Shown piece by piece: positions 34,200-39,564 of a stretch of 39,564 bases of DNA (positions are counted from its first letter, which is position 1; each line of letters opens with the position of its first letter). A program made the position numbers and the translations under genes. The DNA is from a virus (lineage: Duplodnaviria; Caudoviricetes). The stretch covers positions 1 to 39,564 of the IMG/VR virus record IMGVR_UViG_3300032212_000058; one strand, 5' to 3'. Under the pieces are notes generated by a model. That model saw only the letters and a list, made by a program, of their open reading frames with translations. It was not told where the DNA came from and did no database searches.

Positions 34200-35692
34200 A
34201 CCCTATGTTGCTAGCTGACAACCGCTTTGCCGATGGTGTGGTGACAGCCACGTCCACGGCAGCTGGCTATTCACCGATGCATATCATCGATGGGCAGCTT
34301 TTTACTTGTTATAAATCAGCCGGCGGTGGCACTCAGTATTTGACGGTTGATAGTGATGGTGCCAAGCCCGCTAATGCAATCGGCCTGGGTGGCTATAACC
34401 TGCATGAACTGGGTGCGTCGGTATCTGTTGAATGTTCTGATGATAATTTTTTTACAGATATAACTGTCGCCAGCGAACCAGTCGCGGTTGAGCAGTCAAT
34501 CTTCTTTGCTATGTTCCCCCAACTAACCAAACGATATTGGCGCCTGGCGATCACAGGATTCAGCGGTCAGTGTTACATCGCTATGGCTGTTATTGGCGTG
34601 GTGTTGGAATTTGAACAACCACTGATCGGCGACTACACGCCGCGAGTGATCGATCCAACAGCAGATATCAATATATCTGGTGAAGGCCATGAGCTGGGTG
34701 TGGTGACAGGTTTAATTGAACAGCGTTCACGTTGGACATTTGAGAAGGTCCGGGACAGTTGGTTCGCAGATAATCTTAAGCCGGTTTGGGATAGCTATCT
34801 GAAGCGCGGACTGCTGGCGTTTTTTATTCCAACCTATTCTGTTCATCCTGACGATGTTTATTTGTTTTTTCTCGATGCGCCGAGTGGTTTTTCTGCACCG
34901 ATTATGCGTGGTGGACGTAGGCGGCTGGGGTTGGATTTGCGGGGTGTTTACATACCTGATGAAGTTAGTGTCAGTTTAAGCCTGAGTTATTGCGCGATGG
35001 TATTGGCAGATAATCCGACGCACTACTGGAAGATGGATGAGACATCCGGCGCGACTCTGATTGATGAAATTGCGGCGAACAACGGGACATCGAATGGTGA
35101 GCCGATGGCGAGCCACTTAGGAAAACCTCCGGCGGTGCCATGCTCTGTCGGAAGTGTTGAATTCGGACCGTTGGAAGTGGGTTTCGCTAATGAGCTAACG
35201 GGTACTTCTGGATCAATGGAGCAGTGGGTATACATTCCGACCGGATTTGCAGCAACTCAATACCTCATCTACCAAAAAACCGCCTTTACCGGATTAAATG
35301 AGTCGGGAAAACTGCTTTTTGTAGCTATAAACAGCAGCAGGAAAGTGCGGGTTAGCGCTGGAGCCTACAATTCTGAAATAGGCAATTTTGACTTTAGGAC
35401 GTTGTTGACCGACGACGCATTAGCCGAGGAAACTTGGCATCACATCGTTATTACTAGCGACGGAACTAATTGGAATATCATAGTTGATGGCGTTGAACAG
35501 TCTGCCACGCTGTCCGGCGGGGGGGGCGTTACACCGAGTGATGGGACGTGGTTTGGATATAGCACTCCCGCAATAGAGACATCATTTGGTTCGTCTTCAT
35601 CAAGTGCAATATACGTGGACCAGTTGTCTGTTTACCCTACCGTGATAACACTTGCTCGGGCGCTCGAGAAATATATGGCGGGTGTTGCATGA
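34196..35692 (+). CDS. Tail protein: distal-tail-like domain plus C-terminal LamG/ConA-like domain
   Basis: VLADNPTHYWKMDETSG, SMEQWV, WHHIVIT, IIVDG, VDQLSVY. Confidence 0.8.
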   Translation: MNPMLLADNRFADGVVTATSTAAGYSPMHIIDGQLFTCYKSAGGGTQYLTVDSDGAKPANAIGLGGYNLHELGASVSVECSDDNFFTDITVASEPVAVEQSIFFAMFPQLTKRYWRLAITGFSGQCYIAMAVIGVVLEFEQPLIGDYTPRVIDPTADINISGEGHELGVVTGLIEQRSRWTFEKVRDSWFADNLKPVWDSYLKRGLLAFFIPTYSVHPDDVYLFFLDAPSGFSAPIMRGGRRRLGLDLRGVYIPDEVSVSLSLSYCAMVLADNPTHYWKMDETSGATLIDEIAANNGTSNGEPMASHLGKPPAVPCSVGSVEFGPLEVGFANELTGTSGSMEQWVYIPTGFAATQYLIYQKTAFTGLNESGKLLFVAINSSRKVRVSAGAYNSEIGNFDFRTLLTDDALAEETWHHIVITSDGTNWNIIVDGVEQSATLSGGGGVTPSDGTWFGYSTPAIETSFGSSSSSAIYVDQLSVYPTVITLARALEKYMAGVA

Positions 35693-37500
35693 CCGCCTAC
35701 GACGACCAAAAAAACGCCCTAAGCCGCTCACCAAACCAGCTGGTAATAGTCAAGGCTGAGGCCTGCACTCAAACCTGTGGCACAGCCCCGTGCCTTCACG
35801 TTGGCGTACCGTGCCGCAACACTTGGGCAACTTGTAAATATTATGAGGCATTCACCGAAGGTGTGCGTGAGGATAAATATTGTCTGAACAAATCTCCTGC
35901 ACCTCTGCCTGGTGAAATCATTCGGCCTTACGTCAAAGACATTTCACCCTTGCCACAAGAGATCCTGCTGACTGAATCGCTGTTGGTAGATTTTAAGGTA
36001 ACTATCACTTTTCTGGATGAACCGGACGGTGACTATGGTGTTGATCCGTATCGAGTGTCGCCCACGTTACGCCAGGCACCCTCTGGCACTGAAGAGGTGG
36101 CCACCGGTGGCACCTATTGGTCTAAGTGGCGGGCTGTCAATCAGCACATTAAGAATCGCAGGGTTGAGGTGTATGAAGGCTTTATCGCGCCTGGTTTTAG
36201 CCAGGCTGATTACACGCTGCGATTTCATGGTGTGCTGGAGAGTTTGTCGGTTGGTAGTGACGGACTGGTAACAATGAAAATTGGCGGCTTGCTAAAACTG
36301 ACTGATGTTGAGTATCCAGCAAAAACTGATGGCCGTTTGAGTGCCGCGGGATTGTCTGCAACCGAGACAGGTAGTTTTGAGCTTGAGCCCTGGACAGGGA
36401 TAGATCGCGTGGCATCACCGCCGGTGTCGCAATATGATCTGACAGGAGGTGATCTGTTTATCAATGGTGAGTGTGTTGGCTATGACTCAGGCACTCTCGA
36501 TCTGGAGACTGGTATCACAATCTTTAGCACCTTGACTCGAGGCAAATATAACAACATTGGATTTGATCAGGCCAAGTTGCATGATAGTGATGAAGAGGTT
36601 CAGCAGGCTGTTTATATGCAGGGAAATCCGCCTGATCTGGCGCACGCGCTTTTTAATGTGGCGGGTATTGATGACACTGAGATTGATATTGCAATGCTGC
36701 AGGCAAATCGCGATCTCTGGTTTTCAGGCTGGACGTTTGCTGCTCTGTTGCACAAACCAACCAAAATCAAAAAGCTGATAAAGGAACTGCGCGAGGAATC
36801 GTTCTCATATATTTGGCAGGGAGCTGATCAGAAAATCAAATTCAAACGTCTGGCCCCTAACGCACCTGGTGATGCGTATCGGAAGATCACGAATGCCGCT
36901 AACATCGTTTACAACACCACATCGTTAGGTGATACCCAGGCCAATCGCTATACACGTGCGGTGGTTTATTACGACCTGTTAGCGGGTGAGGATCCCGATG
37001 ATGAAGATAACTTTCGGTATTCGGTGGGAGTAGCGAACAGAGAAGCGGAGATCCGTCATAAGGAAATATCAGACAGAAAGCCAGTCTTTTCTCGTTGGAT
37101 GAAAAAGGTATTTGGCGGGGAAATTCTGGCTCGTGCACTAGCATCACGGACCGTCCGACAATACAAGGATGGTGCGGGGCAAATTACCTTTGGTTTGGAA
37201 TTGAAGGACAGTGATATAGAGCTGGGTGAAATTGTTGAGCTGTATTCGCCTATTAATGTCGATGCTAATGGCAACCCGCTGATGATGCGCGTGGCTGTAA
37301 CTAAATTATCAGGAATTAATCAGGGACGTTTGATGGCGACTGGTTTCGATGCCCGGCTGCTTGGGCGTTTTATATTTATTGCGCCTGCAGGACTGCCTGA
37401 TTATGACTTGGCGACCGAGGCCCAGCGTGAGTATTGGTACATCTCTGGCGGTACGCCATCAAGCCCTGGCAATGGCGATGAGCCGTACATGATTTCATAG
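35689..37500 (+). CDS. Tail hub / central tail tip protein
   Basis: Cys-rich N-terminus (C..TCG..PC...C.NTWATC); synteny. Confidence 0.7.
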   Translation: MTAYDDQKNALSRSPNQLVIVKAEACTQTCGTAPCLHVGVPCRNTWATCKYYEAFTEGVREDKYCLNKSPAPLPGEIIRPYVKDISPLPQEILLTESLLVDFKVTITFLDEPDGDYGVDPYRVSPTLRQAPSGTEEVATGGTYWSKWRAVNQHIKNRRVEVYEGFIAPGFSQADYTLRFHGVLESLSVGSDGLVTMKIGGLLKLTDVEYPAKTDGRLSAAGLSATETGSFELEPWTGIDRVASPPVSQYDLTGGDLFINGECVGYDSGTLDLETGITIFSTLTRGKYNNIGFDQAKLHDSDEEVQQAVYMQGNPPDLAHALFNVAGIDDTEIDIAMLQANRDLWFSGWTFAALLHKPTKIKKLIKELREESFSYIWQGADQKIKFKRLAPNAPGDAYRKITNAANIVYNTTSLGDTQANRYTRAVVYYDLLAGEDPDDEDNFRYSVGVANREAEIRHKEISDRKPVFSRWMKKVFGGEILARALASRTVRQYKDGAGQITFGLELKDSDIELGEIVELYSPINVDANGNPLMMRVAVTKLSGINQGRLMATGFDARLLGRFIFIAPAGLPDYDLATEAQREYWYISGGTPSSPGNGDEPYMIS

Positions 37501-37508
37501 GAGACAAT

Positions 37509-38375
37509 ATGCCATTTAGCACAGGAAATATTATTGACCCAAGCCAGATTGATACGGGTAGCTCTGGCGACGAAATACTTATGTCGCAATTGGTGGCTCG
37601 TGATGAGGAAGTTCTATCACGTATGTTGGAGTTTGGCGGGCCGTCATCGGTAATAGCGGGTAGTGTAGTTCCGTTTGAGGGTGATGTCACAATCAGCGCA
37701 AATCAAAATTTGTCCGGTCTGCACTACTACAATAGTTTGACAATCAACAGCGATATAACTGTGACGGCGAATGAGCAGTTGGTGGTCGTGTGTAATATTT
37801 TGTTTGACATGACCGGGGCTACGTTAACGGCCAATGGGCAGGGTGCTCCCGGGGGAGGTCCTAGTGAAAACGGTTCAGACGGCTATGCTGGAGGTGGTGG
37901 TGGCGGTAGTGGTGGAACTCAGTCAGACGGTTTTGCAGGAGGTTCGTGTATTGGTGCGCCTGGTGGGAGTGCTGGTATTCCGTCTTTTCAGGACGGCGGT
38001 GCAGGTTCCAGTCCAAACGCAATAGGCAAAATAGCAGCGTTACTCTCGTTGGTTGGTAATAGTTCGTGGGGTGGTGCCGGTGGTGCCGGGGCGATAGTGG
38101 GTGCTGGCGCTGGGATTGGCGGTAATGGCGGTGGCGACATTATCGTGATTTCGCCAAAAATAATTTGCACGTCTGGCGTGGTGTCTGCCGATGGCTTTGA
38201 TGGTCAATTGGGCACAGCTGCAGGTGGTGGTGGTGGTGGGCGTATTTTATTTAAAACCAAAAAATATTCGCCAGCATTGTTAATGACTGTTAATGGCGGC
38301 CTCGGTGGTATTGATACTAATTCTAGTGGTGGTGATGGCGCTATGGGTATCAAACATATTGAAATATATGGATAG
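37509..38375 (+). CDS. Glycine-rich tail fibre / receptor-binding protein
   Basis: Repeated GGGGG / GG.GG segments; last tail gene. Confidence 0.7.
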   Translation: MPFSTGNIIDPSQIDTGSSGDEILMSQLVARDEEVLSRMLEFGGPSSVIAGSVVPFEGDVTISANQNLSGLHYYNSLTINSDITVTANEQLVVVCNILFDMTGATLTANGQGAPGGGPSENGSDGYAGGGGGGSGGTQSDGFAGGSCIGAPGGSAGIPSFQDGGAGSSPNAIGKIAALLSLVGNSSWGGAGGAGAIVGAGAGIGGNGGGDIIVISPKIICTSGVVSADGFDGQLGTAAGGGGGGRILFKTKKYSPALLMTVNGGLGGIDTNSSGGDGAMGIKHIEIYG

Positions 38376-38384
38376 ATAATGAAA

Positions 38385-38490
38385 AGGGCTGCTGGGCAGC
38401 GGCGGCAACCGCTACCCAACCCCTAACCCACAGGAATATAGCCTGTGAGCTAAGCAAGGCCCGCCGATCGGCATGGTGGAGCCTAGCATA
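38385..38490 (+). ncRNA. Structured leader upstream of the methylase (D12-methyl RNA motif candidate)
   Basis: Hairpins at 38393-38418 (TGGGcAGCGG/CCGCTaCCCA) and 38429-38447 (CACAGG/CCTGTG). Confidence 0.5.
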
Positions 38491-38530
38491 ATACAAAAAC
38501 GTTTTGCAGTAGTTAAAAACGAGGCTCACA

Positions 38531-39352
38531 ATGGCAAAACCAATAATCCCGTGGATGGGTGGCAAGAGCAGGCTGATGGAGCCTGTTCTGGATAAATTTC
38601 CAACCCATAGTTGTTACGTTGAAGGATTCGCTGGGGCAGCGGCAGTGTTCTTCCGCAAGCCACCTTCAGAGGTCGAGGTGATCAACGACTTCAATGGTGA
38701 GCTAAGCAATCTTTACCGTGTTGTGCAGAATCACCTTGAGGAGTTTGTCCGGCAGTTCAAGTGGGCTATCAGCTCACGCCAGGTCTTCGACTGGGAGAAA
38801 GCCAAGATTCCAGACACTTTAACTGATATCCAGCGTGCAGCCAGATTCTACTATCTGCAAAAGCAAGCCTTTGGTGGACGTTGTGATGGCCAAACCTACG
38901 GCACAGCAACAACCACACAGCCGAGGCTGAATATTCTCCGCATTGAAGAAGATCTGACAGAGGCCTGGACCAGACTGCAGGGTGTCTATGTTGAGAACCT
39001 GCCCTGGGAGAAGGTGGTGGAGCGTTACGATCGTGAGCACACTTTCTGTTACTTGGATCCACCTTACTGGGAAACAGCTGGCTACGGCGTTGAGTTTGGC
39101 TTTGAACACTATGAGCGAATGGCTGACTTGGCCAAGTCGATTGATGGATCAATGTTGATTAGCATTAATGATCATCCAGACATCAGAAAGGTCTTTGATG
39201 GGCTTCATATGGAACAGCTGTCGATTAAGTACACTGTTGGAGGTGGAGAGAACGCCAGCGACGCTAAGGAGCTGCTGATCTGGAATGATAACTGCCAAGC
39301 AAAGCGAGGATCAGCCAGAACGCTCGACATGTTCGGCGGCAGTAGATTTTAG
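38531..39352 (+). CDS. D12-class N6-adenine DNA methyltransferase
   Basis: PWMGGKS, YVEGFAGAA, EVIND, YLDPPY; occupies the mom position at the right end. Confidence 0.92.
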   Translation: MAKPIIPWMGGKSRLMEPVLDKFPTHSCYVEGFAGAAAVFFRKPPSEVEVINDFNGELSNLYRVVQNHLEEFVRQFKWAISSRQVFDWEKAKIPDTLTDIQRAARFYYLQKQAFGGRCDGQTYGTATTTQPRLNILRIEEDLTEAWTRLQGVYVENLPWEKVVERYDREHTFCYLDPPYWETAGYGVEFGFEHYERMADLAKSIDGSMLISINDHPDIRKVFDGLHMEQLSIKYTVGGGENASDAKELLIWNDNCQAKRGSARTLDMFGGSRF

Positions 39353-39388
39353 AATGTGCAATTATGTTTTGTGAGACGAAAGACTAGA

Positions 39389-39437
39389 AAAAGAGAGTTA
39401 TCTTGCAAATACCGGCGAATTATCGCGCGCGGCCTCA
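39389..39437 (-). repeat. Right end (attR) with putative transposase-binding GATAA motifs
   Basis: Reverse complement reads TGAGGCCGCGCGCGATAA...GATAA, with the same spacing to the first GATAA as the left end TGAGACCCACCGTGATAA. Confidence 0.8.
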
Positions 39438-39443
39438 TGATGC
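39438..39443 (+). repeat. Right copy of 6-bp target-site duplication (TGATGC)
   Basis: Directly follows the terminal CA. Confidence 0.9.
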
Positions 39444-39564
39444 ATTAAATTGAAAAAATAAAGTATAAATTAGTGCATATACTAGGATAGTTGATTTGTT
39501 TTGTTTGCTGAGGCTTGAAATGCCGATCTTGCGGCCCTATTTCTTTCTGCAACAGAAAGTGTGG

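Larger units (their letters stand above)
120..39437. mobile_element. Complete Mu-like (B3/BcepMu-type) transposable prophage
   Basis: Starts TG (120-121) and ends CA (39436-39437), flanked by direct repeat TGATGC. Ends are related inverted repeats. Contains DDE transposase, ATPase, Mor, GemA, Mu gp27/gp28-type terminase, head and tail genes. Confidence 0.95.

Noticed and set aside
37509-38490. Diversity-generating retroelement or invertible tail-fibre cassette
   Set aside because: No reverse transcriptase, no TR/VR repeat pair and no serine invertase in the window.

Overview
The window holds one apparently complete, integrated transposable (Mu-like) prophage at 120-39437 (~39.3 kb). It has TG...CA termini and a 6-bp target-site duplication (TGATGC at 114-119 and 39438-39443). 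The layout is B3/BcepMu-type. A leftward early operon (Ner-like, DDE transposase, AAA ATPase, GemA, Mor) diverges from a cI-like repressor. Rightward follow accessory, lysis, packaging, head and non-contractile tail genes, ending in an adenine methyltransferase. The most striking feature is a minimal integron inside the early operon: an intact integron integrase, a very short putative attI, and one gene cassette with an attC site. The cassette ORF is inverted relative to attC, so the phage early operon would express it, and intI is translationally coupled to gemA. Other notable items are a RexAB-like two-gene moron, a MuF protein with a JAB-like C-terminal domain, a protease-scaffold-capsid fusion with an internal start, a structural module between terminase and portal, two matching late-promoter motifs, a candidate central gyrase site and a structured leader before the methylase. 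All protein calls come from motif recognition and synteny; no searches were run.
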